Made by a program: the position numbers and the translations under genes. 64,000 bases of DNA from Chitinophaga pinensis (GTDB lineage: Bacteria; Bacteroidota; Bacteroidia; 2-12-FULL-35-15): positions 4,378-68,377 of the forward strand of contig CAMBDK010000001.1 of the NCBI GenBank assembly GCA_945865315.1. The letters are read 5' to 3'. The notes below the pieces were generated by a model. The model worked only from the letters and a program-made list of their open reading frames with translations, searched no databases and was not told the origin of the DNA. Positions 28,032 through 37,377 of the stretch are shown piece by piece. Numbering within the stretch: position 1 is the first letter of the stretch; the number at the start of each line of letters is the position of its first letter.

Positions 28032-28969
28032 TATTTTGTAAAAAAATAATAATTCAATTGTGTAAAAAAAAACTGTTCCCACTGTTCTGTATCTTTTTTC
28101 TTTTCCTAAATAATATAAATATTGCAAACTCACAGTCAAGTTTGCCGTCAGACCAGGAGCAGAAATTAAACATACTCACATGGAATCTTTATATGCGTCC
28201 TCGTACAGTTTTTAAAAATGGCCAGGTGTCTAGAGCTTATGCTATTGTTGAACAGCTGAAAAATAAAAATTATGATGTAATTGTATTCCAAGAAGCGTTT
28301 GACAACAAGTCCAGAAAAATTATTTGGAATGGACTAAAAAAACAATTTCCTTTTAAATCGGACCAACCAAAACACAAATATTTTTATAAAATTAGTACTG
28401 GTATTTTTATAATCAGCAAACTTCCGATAAATGTTATTGATAATATTTATTTTTCAATTTGTGGTGGCTCCGACTGCTATGCTGTTAAGGGTGCTGTTCT
28501 TGTTGATGTTGTCAAAAATGGTCATAAAGTTCAAATTATTGGCACACATTTGCAGTCGGCTGATGGAAAAAAAATGACTGGAGAGGAAATTCGTCAAATT
28601 CAATATATGGAAATTAAAAATAAATTAATGACCCCATATGAAGAAAAAGGGGTGCCTCAGTTTTTTGCTGGTGATTTAAATATTCCTAAAGATGATAAAA
28701 AAGAATATGAGCAAATGCTTGCATTGATGGATGTTGAGGATGGAGAAATTTCTGGAGAAAATCAGTTTTCTTCCGGTGGAGGAGGGCTGAACGATTTACA
28801 AAACCATAAAAACAAAGCTCGTATAATAGATTATATTTTATGTAGAAATAATGGCTCTAATGTTAGATTTACTCAAAGATGTGTGAAAATTTTTCAACAA
28901 CGTTGGAGCAAAAAAAACAAAGACCTTTCCGATCATTATGCTGTGTTGGCAGAAATTGCAATAAAATAA
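28028..28969 (+). CDS. Secreted EEP-family phosphodiesterase, sphingomyelinase C-like
   Basis: ILTWN, VFQEAF, KGAV, GTHLQS, GDLN, IDYI, LSDHYAV; signal peptide. Confidence 0.82.
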   Translation: MIFCKKIIIQLCKKKLFPLFCIFFLFLNNINIANSQSSLPSDQEQKLNILTWNLYMRPRTVFKNGQVSRAYAIVEQLKNKNYDVIVFQEAFDNKSRKIIWNGLKKQFPFKSDQPKHKYFYKISTGIFIISKLPINVIDNIYFSICGGSDCYAVKGAVLVDVVKNGHKVQIIGTHLQSADGKKMTGEEIRQIQYMEIKNKLMTPYEEKGVPQFFAGDLNIPKDDKKEYEQMLALMDVEDGEISGENQFSSGGGGLNDLQNHKNKARIIDYILCRNNGSNVRFTQRCVKIFQQRWSKKNKDLSDHYAVLAEIAIK

Positions 28970-29094
28970 AATGCGGTTATCTGCTATTTTTTTTCTACAC
29001 ATTGCTAAAATTTATTAGCGCATTTTTAACAGAATATTATTCAATTAAATATTATCATACCTTCGTAATGTAAATTTTTAATAAATTGTTATTT

Positions 29095-30042
29095 ATGAAC
29101 AATAAAGTTACGCAGCTATTTGATATAAAGTACCCCATTATTCAGGCTGGTATGATATGGTGTAGTGGTTGGAAGTTGGCTTCAGCTGTTAGTAATTCAG
29201 GAGGACTTGGCCTTATAGGCAGCGGCAGTATGTATCCAGAAGTGCTGAAAGAACATATTCAAAAATGTAAAAAAGCTACTAATAAACCGTTTGGAGTTAA
29301 TATTCCATTGCTTTATCCAGATATTGATAAACATATCGAAATTATTATTTCGGAAGGTATTAAAATTGTTTTTGTATCCGCAGGAAATCCTAAAACTTGG
29401 ACTAAGAAATTGAAAGATAATGGAATTATTGTGGTGCATGTAGTTTCTAATGCGAAGTTTGCTAAAAAAGCCGAAGATGCTGGTGTTGATGCTATAGTTG
29501 CAGAAGGCTTTGAAGCGGGAGGACATAATGGGCGCGAAGAAACTACAACACTTTGTTTAATACCTTTGATAAAACAAGCCGTTAATATACCTTTAATAGC
29601 TGCTGGTGGTATTGGTACTGGTTGCGCAATGCATGCTGTTATGGCTTTAGGAGCTGATGGTGTTCAGATAGGTAGCCGATTTGTGGCTTCCAATGAAGCT
29701 TCGGCAAATATAAATTTTAAGAAACTAATAGTTGATTCTATTGAAGGCGATACTAAATTAATGTTAAAGCAGTTAACTCCTGTACGATTATTGAAAAATA
29801 AATTTTTTTATGCTCTACAAGAGGCTGAAAATAAATGTGCTTCAACGGAAGATCTAACGCAATTGCTTGGACGTGGTAGAGCAAAAAAAGGTATGTTCGA
29901 GGGTGATTTGGATGAAGGGGAACTCGAAATTGGTCAAGTAGCAGCATTAATACGTGATATACAGCCAGCATCTTCCATTATCACAGAAATTGTGGCCGAA
30001 TACCAACAATCAATAAAAAAATTAATTAATACGCATTGGTAA
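29095..30042 (+). CDS. Nitronate monooxygenase / FabK-like enoyl-ACP reductase family flavoprotein
   Basis: YPIIQAGM, PFGVN, AEGFEAGGHNG, IAAGGI, GADGVQIGSRF, EIGQVA. Confidence 0.88.
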   Translation: MNNKVTQLFDIKYPIIQAGMIWCSGWKLASAVSNSGGLGLIGSGSMYPEVLKEHIQKCKKATNKPFGVNIPLLYPDIDKHIEIIISEGIKIVFVSAGNPKTWTKKLKDNGIIVVHVVSNAKFAKKAEDAGVDAIVAEGFEAGGHNGREETTTLCLIPLIKQAVNIPLIAAGGIGTGCAMHAVMALGADGVQIGSRFVASNEASANINFKKLIVDSIEGDTKLMLKQLTPVRLLKNKFFYALQEAENKCASTEDLTQLLGRGRAKKGMFEGDLDEGELEIGQVAALIRDIQPASSIITEIVAEYQQSIKKLINTHW

Positions 30043-30132
30043 AAAATCTTAAAACAAGGATAAGCATTTATAAGTTAAATTATTACCATTCCTTTTTATA
30101 ATTTTATTGAGGATGGAAAAACAATATACCAG

Positions 30133-31428
30133 ATGATAAAATTTGATAAATTTCAATTAGAAAATGGCTTAAAGGTAATTGTGCATCAGGATAAATCAAC
30201 TCCTTTGGCATGCATAAATATTTTATATGACGTAGGCTCTCGTGATGAAAACCCAAATCAAACAGGTTTTGCGCACCTTTTTGAACACCTTATGTTTGGC
30301 GGCTCAATTAATATTCCAAATTATGACGAACCACTACAACGCGTAGGGGGAGAAAATAACGCATTTACTACAAATGATATAACCAACTATCATTTAACAC
30401 TTCCTTCAGAAAATATCGAGACCGGTTTTTGGCTTGAATCAGATAGAATGCTGAGTTTAGCATTTTCCGAAAAAAGTTTAGAAGTACAGCGCAATGTAGT
30501 TATTGAAGAGTTTAAACAACGGTATTTAAATCAGCCTTATGGTGATGTATGGCTATTGTTGCGCCCGATGGCTTATAAAGTTCACCCTTATTCTTGGGAT
30601 ACCATTGGCAAAGAAATTTCACATATTGAAAATGCAAACATGGAGGATGTGAAAACATTTTTCAATAATTTTTATAGCCCTAATAATGCCACAATGGTAG
30701 TTGCAGGAAATGTAGAATTCGAAAATATAAAACTATTGTCAGAAAAATGGTTTGGCCCTATAAAAAAAGGACCGGATAACAAGCGGAACCTGGCTCAGGA
30801 GCCCGAACAAAAAGAAGCACGAAGTTTAACTGTTGAAAGAGATGTTCCCGTTGATGCTATCTATAAGGTTTACCACATCTGCTCACGTTACGATAAAGAA
30901 TATTATGCAATCGATTTAATTTCAGATGTATTGTCTCAGGGTAATTCATCCCGCTTGCACAATACGTTAATAAAAGATAAAAAATTATTTAGTGATATTC
31001 ATGCCTATGTAATGAGTGATTTTGATAAAGGATTGTTTGTAATTTCTGGTAAGCTTGCTGATGGTATTAGCATGGAACAAGCTGATAATGCTATAAATGA
31101 GGAACTTCAGAAATTAAAATCTGAGTTTATAACTTTGGATGAGCTAACGAAAGTGAAAAATAAAATGGAAGCATCACATGTTTTTGGTGAGGTTGATGTT
31201 TTGAATAAAGCTACTAACCTTGCTGTTTCTGAGCTATTGGGCGATGCAGGAATGATAAATAAGGAGGTTGAAAAATATCTTTCGGTAACAGCAGAAGAAA
31301 TTAATGAGCAGTCAAATATTATTTTTAAAAACGAAAATTGTTCTACACTATATTATAAATCTAATAAAAAGTCACAAGACTTGGAAAATATAACAATGCA
31401 AGAAGAAACACCCAGTAGCCAAAGTTAA
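30133..31428 (+). CDS. M16 (pitrilysin-family) zinc peptidase
   Basis: LENGLKV, GFAHLFEHLMF (inverted HxxEH), NAFT, LESDRM, SSRL. Confidence 0.92.
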   Translation: MIKFDKFQLENGLKVIVHQDKSTPLACINILYDVGSRDENPNQTGFAHLFEHLMFGGSINIPNYDEPLQRVGGENNAFTTNDITNYHLTLPSENIETGFWLESDRMLSLAFSEKSLEVQRNVVIEEFKQRYLNQPYGDVWLLLRPMAYKVHPYSWDTIGKEISHIENANMEDVKTFFNNFYSPNNATMVVAGNVEFENIKLLSEKWFGPIKKGPDNKRNLAQEPEQKEARSLTVERDVPVDAIYKVYHICSRYDKEYYAIDLISDVLSQGNSSRLHNTLIKDKKLFSDIHAYVMSDFDKGLFVISGKLADGISMEQADNAINEELQKLKSEFITLDELTKVKNKMEASHVFGEVDVLNKATNLAVSELLGDAGMINKEVEKYLSVTAEEINEQSNIIFKNENCSTLYYKSNKKSQDLENITMQEETPSSQS

Positions 31429-31560
31429 AATTAATCATTAAACATAAAATGCAATATTTGTTTAAAAAACAAGGGATGCCGATTTAAAATTTGACTTGTT
31501 TTTCTCAATTTAATATTTTTTTCATTAAAAATTTAAAACACCAGTTCTCTTAATCAATAA

Positions 31561-31588
31561 GCAACCTTTTCATTTTTTTTGCGTCTAA
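31561..31588 (+). promoter_or_regulatory. Putative ECF-sigma promoter
   Basis: GCAACC-N15-CGTCTAA (AAC-N16-CGT) upstream of the 31740/32186 pair. Confidence 0.5.
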
Positions 31589-31739
31589 GAATTAATAAAT
31601 TTATGTACCAGTTAATTTTTAAATTAATTAGGCTAAAAATATTTGTTATAATTATTTTCATAAATTTTCAATTAAAATAGAATTAGTTATTAATTCAATA
31701 ATATTATTTGTATTTTTACAGTAAAGAAATTTTCAAAAC

Positions 31740-32186
31740 ATGAATAAAATGAAATATCTGTTCATTTACATTTTTATTTTTGCTTTTTTTATATTACAAA
31801 AAGCAAACTCTCAAAACAATACCTCCTGGCAACCTATTTATTTACTTGTAACTGGCGGGAATGTTATGGATGGTGTTGAAGCGTCCTTCCAAGTAAATAA
31901 ATGCAATGGAAAGGATATTGTTAATATTAAATTTATTAATCATACTTCCAGCCAATTATCATTAGAATGGTTTGATGCTGTTTTTACAAAAGAACTAAAA
32001 TGGATTAACAAAGATAAAAAGGAGGATAAAAAATACATATCACTTTCTCCAAATGCTGAAATAGTAGGCAATTGTTTAAATGGCAAGTACCCAGAACTTA
32101 CAATTAATATGAAAGATTTTATAGAGGATAAAAACAATTTTAACAGATACTCTTCCTCTCAATTGAAAATTATTAAAGTAAAATAA
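31740..32186 (+). CDS. Small exported hypothetical protein
   Basis: 148 aa, signal peptide, two Cys; its stop overlaps the start of the large adhesin (TAATG). Confidence 0.75.
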   Translation: MNKMKYLFIYIFIFAFFILQKANSQNNTSWQPIYLLVTGGNVMDGVEASFQVNKCNGKDIVNIKFINHTSSQLSLEWFDAVFTKELKWINKDKKEDKKYISLSPNAEIVGNCLNGKYPELTINMKDFIEDKNNFNRYSSSQLKIIKVK

Positions 32187-35100
32187 TGATAAAATTAATA
32201 GAATTGAAAAAAATAATTTCCATATACCTTTTATTTCTAATAATATCCGTCCCTTCGGTATTTTCACAAACCGTTAATGTAACTATTATTTATAATGGAG
32301 CGCAATCACAGGGGTGTTGTAATGTTTGCGGTGTTGATTATTGGTGTATAAATAATACAGGAGGTTGCGGTACCACAGCCGCTTGCGATAACAGAACTTT
32401 TTCCGACCCTGTACCTGCCGGTAATATTATTACTGGGATTTCAGTAAATTATTTTGGAGCGGGTTGTGATGCACAATCTGAGCCTACCTTTATTAATGGC
32501 GTTTTTATAGGGGCTGCTCCCAGTGACGGGGCTTGCAGTTGTTATAACCCACCGACTTGCTCTTCATATCCTACAAGCAATACATTCCCTTGTCCAACAG
32601 GATTGCCTAGCTATAATTATGGTGGAAACAATGTTTTTCAATGTTGCCCTACCGATGCATTTTGTCCTCAAAGGGCAATAATTACTATTACCTATACCCC
32701 TGTATCGATAACGCCAACAGCTGCAACAGCTAGTCCCAATCCATCTTGTGGAGGAGCCATTACGCTTTCAAAAGTAGGGGGGGCATTAGGGGTAGGTGCT
32801 GTTTGGAAATGGTATTCTGGCTCCTGTGGTGGAACTCTTGTTGGTACAGGAGCTACTATTACGGTAACACCAACTGCCACTACCACATATTTTATTCGTG
32901 CAGAAGGTTCTGGCTGCGGCACTAGTGGATGTGCTCAAGTAACTGTTACAGTTAATAGTCTATCAGTTGACCCTACAGCTGCAACAGCAAGTCCTAGCAC
33001 TACCTGTGGAGGCGCTACTACACTTAATGTTACAGGAGGGTCTTTAGGTTCGGGAGCTTCATGGAAATGGTATTCATCATCATGTGGTGGAGCAGCCGAA
33101 GGAACAGGTGCATCTATTACCGTAAATCCTACTGCTACAACCACTTATTTCGTTAGAGCGGAAGGGCCCTGCAATAATACCAGTTGCGTTCAGGTGCTTG
33201 TTACCGTTAATCCTGTTCCATTTGCTATCGCAACACCTGCTGCTCAAACATTTTGCTCTGGAAATACTACGTCCATTAGTTTAACTAGCCTTACCCCAGG
33301 TACAACTTTTGCATGGACTGTTGTTCAAACTGGAGTTTCCGGAGCTACAAATAACTCAGGAACCTTAATTGCTGAAACATTAACTTCATTAAGCGGGGTG
33401 CAAGGTACAGCAGTTTATACAATTACACCAACAGCAAATTCCTGTGCTGGTAATCCTATAACTGTAACAATTACAGTAGATCCGGTACCAGTAATAACAG
33501 CAACACCTTTAAACCAAACAATATGTGCTGGTACAATTTTACCGACTTTTTTAACAAGTAATGTTTCTGGTTTAGTGTTTACATGGACTGTTGTTGAAAC
33601 AGGTGTTTCAGGAGGAACAAATTCTTCAGGAACAACTATTTCTGATTCATTGATTGCAACAGGAGGAGTTGCAGGTACCGCAGTTTATACAATTTCTACA
33701 ACTTCTAGTGGCTGTCCTGCCGCCTCTATTACTAATACCATTACCTTATTACCTGACCCAGGAACTTCAGCTACTGCAAGCCCTGCAATATCTACAATTT
33801 GCTCTGGAACATCTACTGCAATAACCTTATCTAGTGTTGCTATTGGTACTGTTTTTACCTGGACAGTATCAGAAGTAGGCGTAACTGGAGGTTCGGGTGG
33901 TACAGGTGCTACTATTTCTCAATTGTTAAATTGTGGATTAATACCAGGAACTGCAACTTATTCTGTAGCTTCTGATGCGAATGGCTGCATTGGAAATCCT
34001 ATTAATGTTGTAGTTACAGTTAATCCAACACCTATAGGAACAGCAACTCCATTAACAGAAACATTTTGTTCAGGCGACAGCACCTCTATTGTATTAACAA
34101 GCAATAATTCGGCAACTACATTTTCATGGACAGTTTTTCAATCAGGGGGAGTTACAGGAGCAACTTTTGGGACAGACACCATTATTCAACAAACCTTAAC
34201 AAATTCAGGAACAGCATCAGGTACAGCTGTTTATACCATTATACCAATTATAAATGCCTGTGCGGGTGCTCCTTTAATTGCAACCATTACTGTGAATCCC
34301 CTGGATGGCGCATCTTTTGTTTATTCATCCGCCACTTATTGTCAATCGGGCATTAATCCAACTCCTGTAATAACAGGTTTGTCGGGCGGAACATTTTCTA
34401 CTAATACACCGGGTTTATCTGTTGACCCATCAACAGGTACAATTACATTGGCCACAAGTGTTGTGGGGGCCTATAATCTGTGTTATTCAACTACAGGGAT
34501 TTGTCCCGATTCAAGTTGTATCCTAATGACAATTGAAAACTCTACACCATTTGCAGATTTCTCCTACTCAGGTTCTCCTTTTTGTCAAAATGGACTTAAT
34601 CCATTTCCTGTTTTTGTTCCTGGAGCCAGTGCTGGTGCTTTTTCCGCATCTCCAATTGGTTTGCAATTCATTAGTATCAATACCGGTGAAATTGACCTGG
34701 CAAATACTGTTCCAGGGTCTTATATCATAACAAATTTTATCCCCCAAAGCGGTTTTTGTGATCCTGTAACGGCTACTAGTGCAGTTGTTATTATTTCTTC
34801 AGATGATGCATCCTTCGTATATACTTCAGCAACTTATTGTACTACAGGAAGTCCACAAACACCCGTAGTTACTGGCTTATCAGGAGGTGTTTTCAGTTCT
34901 TCTCCTACAGGCTTGTCGTTAAACCCTTCAACAGGTACTATTACTTTATCAGCTAGCGCCTATGGTTCATACACACTTGTATATTCTACAAATGGTGTTT
35001 GTCCGAGCGCAGATTCAATTACCATGACAATTGATACCATTACTCCTTCTGCAACTTTTTCATACATCGGCTCGCCATTCTGTCAAAATGCGATTGATCC

Positions 35101-37351
35101 ATTTCCATTTTTTAGCCCCAATGCTAGTGCAGGAATATTTTCTGCCACCCCTTCTGGACTATCCTTTGCAAATGTTAATACAGGAGAAATTGATTTACTT
35201 AATTCAACACCAGGAAGTTATATAGTAACTAATACAATACCTGCAAGCGGCATTTGCTTGCCTATTAGCGATACCTATGCAGTTATCATAAGTGCTTCTG
35301 ATGATGCATCGTTTACCTATCCGTCAGCTACGTATTGCACCACTGGTCCTCCACAAACACCTTCTATTACAGGTTTGCTTGGTGGAGTCTTTTCCTCTCT
35401 GCCTCCTGGTTTATCAATTAACGCTTCAACTGGATTAATTAATTTAGCAAACAGCGCTCTTGGTATTTATACCCTTACCTATTCAACAAATAGTTCTTGT
35501 CCTAATTCTAGTTTTATTATTATGACAATAGCTGACAGCACACCTTTTGCGAACTTTTCTTATTCCGCCACAACTTTTTGTCAGAATGCAGCAAACCAAA
35601 ATCCAACATTTACGCCAGGTTCTAGTGCAGGAACATTTTCAGCAACACCTGCCGGTTTAGTTATAGTAAATGCCAATACAGGGGAAATAGATATAGAAAA
35701 TAGTATACCAGGAACCTATCTTATTACCAATACGATTCCACAAAGTGGAATATGCCTATCCGTTAATGCAAATACAACCCTTATGATTATAGAGGCAGAC
35801 GACGCTTCTTTTTCATACTCATCTGCCACCTATTGCACTACAGGAACACCTCAAGTGCCATCTATTACAGGTTTGCAAGGGGGCACCTTTTCTTCTTTGC
35901 CTAGCGGTTTATCACTTGATCCAGCAACTGGAACCATTACTTTATCTACTAGTATTATTGGAGCTTATACGCTTACTTATACAACATTTGGCAATTGCCC
36001 AAATTCAAGTTCAATTACAATGACAATTAATGATACCGTTTCCTCTGCTACCTTTAGTTATGTAGGCTCCCCATACTGTCAATCCTCTGGGACTAACATA
36101 TTTCCTACCTTTGGAATAGGCGCAAGTGCTGGAGTTTTTTCCGCAAGTCCTTCAGGGTTGATAATTACCCATGTAAATACAGGAGAAATTGATCTGTCGG
36201 AGAGCGCACCAGGGACATACAATGTCACAAATACCATACCTGTTAGTGGTTCCTGCCTTTTTGTAAATGCCTCCTTTGTTATAACAATTATTGGAGCTCC
36301 TGTAGTTACAGCAATACCTAATGCACTTGCTTTTTGTGAGGCAGGTATCGCTGCCGTTTCCATAGCTTTATCAAGTTCTGTTTCACCAACTACATTTGTT
36401 TGGACAGTTTCGCAATCTGGGCTTACAGGAGCTTCTCCAGGAACAGGAGCTGTTATAAATCAAACATTAACAAACCAAGGAACAGGATCAGCTACAGCTG
36501 TTTATACTATTACACCAAACGCAAATGGCTGCAGTGGCGATCCTATAAATATAACTATTATTGTTAGTCCAACAGTTTTTGATAGTACAGCAATGGTAAT
36601 AACACCAGGCAACTGTGGAATAACATTAGGTTCCATCGCTGGAATAACCGTTAGCTCAGGTCAATCACCATTTACATATCAATGGAAAGATTCCATAAAT
36701 GTTATAGTACCAGGTGCGGGCACTGCAAATTTGAATAATGTAGAACCCGGGAACTATTCCTTAATAATTACGGATGCTAATGGTTGCTCAGTTACTTGTG
36801 GTCCAATAATGGTTAATAATAATCCTCCTGTTATAGCGGCATTTACTGCAAATCCATTAACAGGTGAAACGCCACTAACAGTTGATTTTACAAATAATAG
36901 TTTAGGTGCTTCAACTTATATTTGGCAATTTGGTACAGGAGATTCATCAACAGTTGCAAATCCAACTTATGTATATATTCCATTAGGGAAATTTACAGTA
37001 TGTTTAACAGCAATAAGTGCTTTTAATTGTATTGACACTGCTTGTTCTATAATAGAAGTTAATATAAATTCAATATTCATAATTCCCAATGTTTTTACAC
37101 CCAATGGTGATGAAGTAAATGATATGTTTACTATTAAAGGAAGAGGGATAAAAACTATGAACGCAGAAATATATACCCGATGGGGACAAAAAATTTATGA
37201 ATGGCATACACCCTATGGTGGATGGGATGGGCATATGGCTAGTGGGGAATTAGCTAGCGAAGGCACTTATTATTTTATCATTTCAGCATCAGGAATTGAT
37301 GGGGAAAAATATTTTGAAAAAGGGTTTTTTAACTTAATTCAAAGTAAATAG
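32186..37351 (+). CDS. Large T9SS-secreted repeat adhesin (Cys-rich N-domain, Ig-like, PKD-like and 166-aa repeats, PKD, CHU_C)
   Basis: WKWYSGSCGG / WKWYSSSCGG Ig repeats; FxWTV...GTAVYTI repeats; four D(D/G)ASFxYxSATYC units; YIWQFGTG PKD; IPNVFTPNGD...YTRWG...WDG. Confidence 0.88.
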   Translation: MIKLIELKKIISIYLLFLIISVPSVFSQTVNVTIIYNGAQSQGCCNVCGVDYWCINNTGGCGTTAACDNRTFSDPVPAGNIITGISVNYFGAGCDAQSEPTFINGVFIGAAPSDGACSCYNPPTCSSYPTSNTFPCPTGLPSYNYGGNNVFQCCPTDAFCPQRAIITITYTPVSITPTAATASPNPSCGGAITLSKVGGALGVGAVWKWYSGSCGGTLVGTGATITVTPTATTTYFIRAEGSGCGTSGCAQVTVTVNSLSVDPTAATASPSTTCGGATTLNVTGGSLGSGASWKWYSSSCGGAAEGTGASITVNPTATTTYFVRAEGPCNNTSCVQVLVTVNPVPFAIATPAAQTFCSGNTTSISLTSLTPGTTFAWTVVQTGVSGATNNSGTLIAETLTSLSGVQGTAVYTITPTANSCAGNPITVTITVDPVPVITATPLNQTICAGTILPTFLTSNVSGLVFTWTVVETGVSGGTNSSGTTISDSLIATGGVAGTAVYTISTTSSGCPAASITNTITLLPDPGTSATASPAISTICSGTSTAITLSSVAIGTVFTWTVSEVGVTGGSGGTGATISQLLNCGLIPGTATYSVASDANGCIGNPINVVVTVNPTPIGTATPLTETFCSGDSTSIVLTSNNSATTFSWTVFQSGGVTGATFGTDTIIQQTLTNSGTASGTAVYTIIPIINACAGAPLIATITVNPLDGASFVYSSATYCQSGINPTPVITGLSGGTFSTNTPGLSVDPSTGTITLATSVVGAYNLCYSTTGICPDSSCILMTIENSTPFADFSYSGSPFCQNGLNPFPVFVPGASAGAFSASPIGLQFISINTGEIDLANTVPGSYIITNFIPQSGFCDPVTATSAVVIISSDDASFVYTSATYCTTGSPQTPVVTGLSGGVFSSSPTGLSLNPSTGTITLSASAYGSYTLVYSTNGVCPSADSITMTIDTITPSATFSYIGSPFCQNAIDPFPFFSPNASAGIFSATPSGLSFANVNTGEIDLLNSTPGSYIVTNTIPASGICLPISDTYAVIISASDDASFTYPSATYCTTGPPQTPSITGLLGGVFSSLPPGLSINASTGLINLANSALGIYTLTYSTNSSCPNSSFIIMTIADSTPFANFSYSATTFCQNAANQNPTFTPGSSAGTFSATPAGLVIVNANTGEIDIENSIPGTYLITNTIPQSGICLSVNANTTLMIIEADDASFSYSSATYCTTGTPQVPSITGLQGGTFSSLPSGLSLDPATGTITLSTSIIGAYTLTYTTFGNCPNSSSITMTINDTVSSATFSYVGSPYCQSSGTNIFPTFGIGASAGVFSASPSGLIITHVNTGEIDLSESAPGTYNVTNTIPVSGSCLFVNASFVITIIGAPVVTAIPNALAFCEAGIAAVSIALSSSVSPTTFVWTVSQSGLTGASPGTGAVINQTLTNQGTGSATAVYTITPNANGCSGDPINITIIVSPTVFDSTAMVITPGNCGITLGSIAGITVSSGQSPFTYQWKDSINVIVPGAGTANLNNVEPGNYSLIITDANGCSVTCGPIMVNNNPPVIAAFTANPLTGETPLTVDFTNNSLGASTYIWQFGTGDSSTVANPTYVYIPLGKFTVCLTAISAFNCIDTACSIIEVNINSIFIIPNVFTPNGDEVNDMFTIKGRGIKTMNAEIYTRWGQKIYEWHTPYGGWDGHMASGELASEGTYYFIISASGIDGEKYFEKGFFNLIQSK
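34304..36290. repeat. Four intragenic ~498-bp (166-aa) repeats
   Basis: Unit starts encoding D(D/G)ASF fall near 34304, 34802, 35300 and 35798. Confidence 0.85.
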
Positions 37352-37377
37352 AGAACAATCCTGTTCAATTTAAGAAA

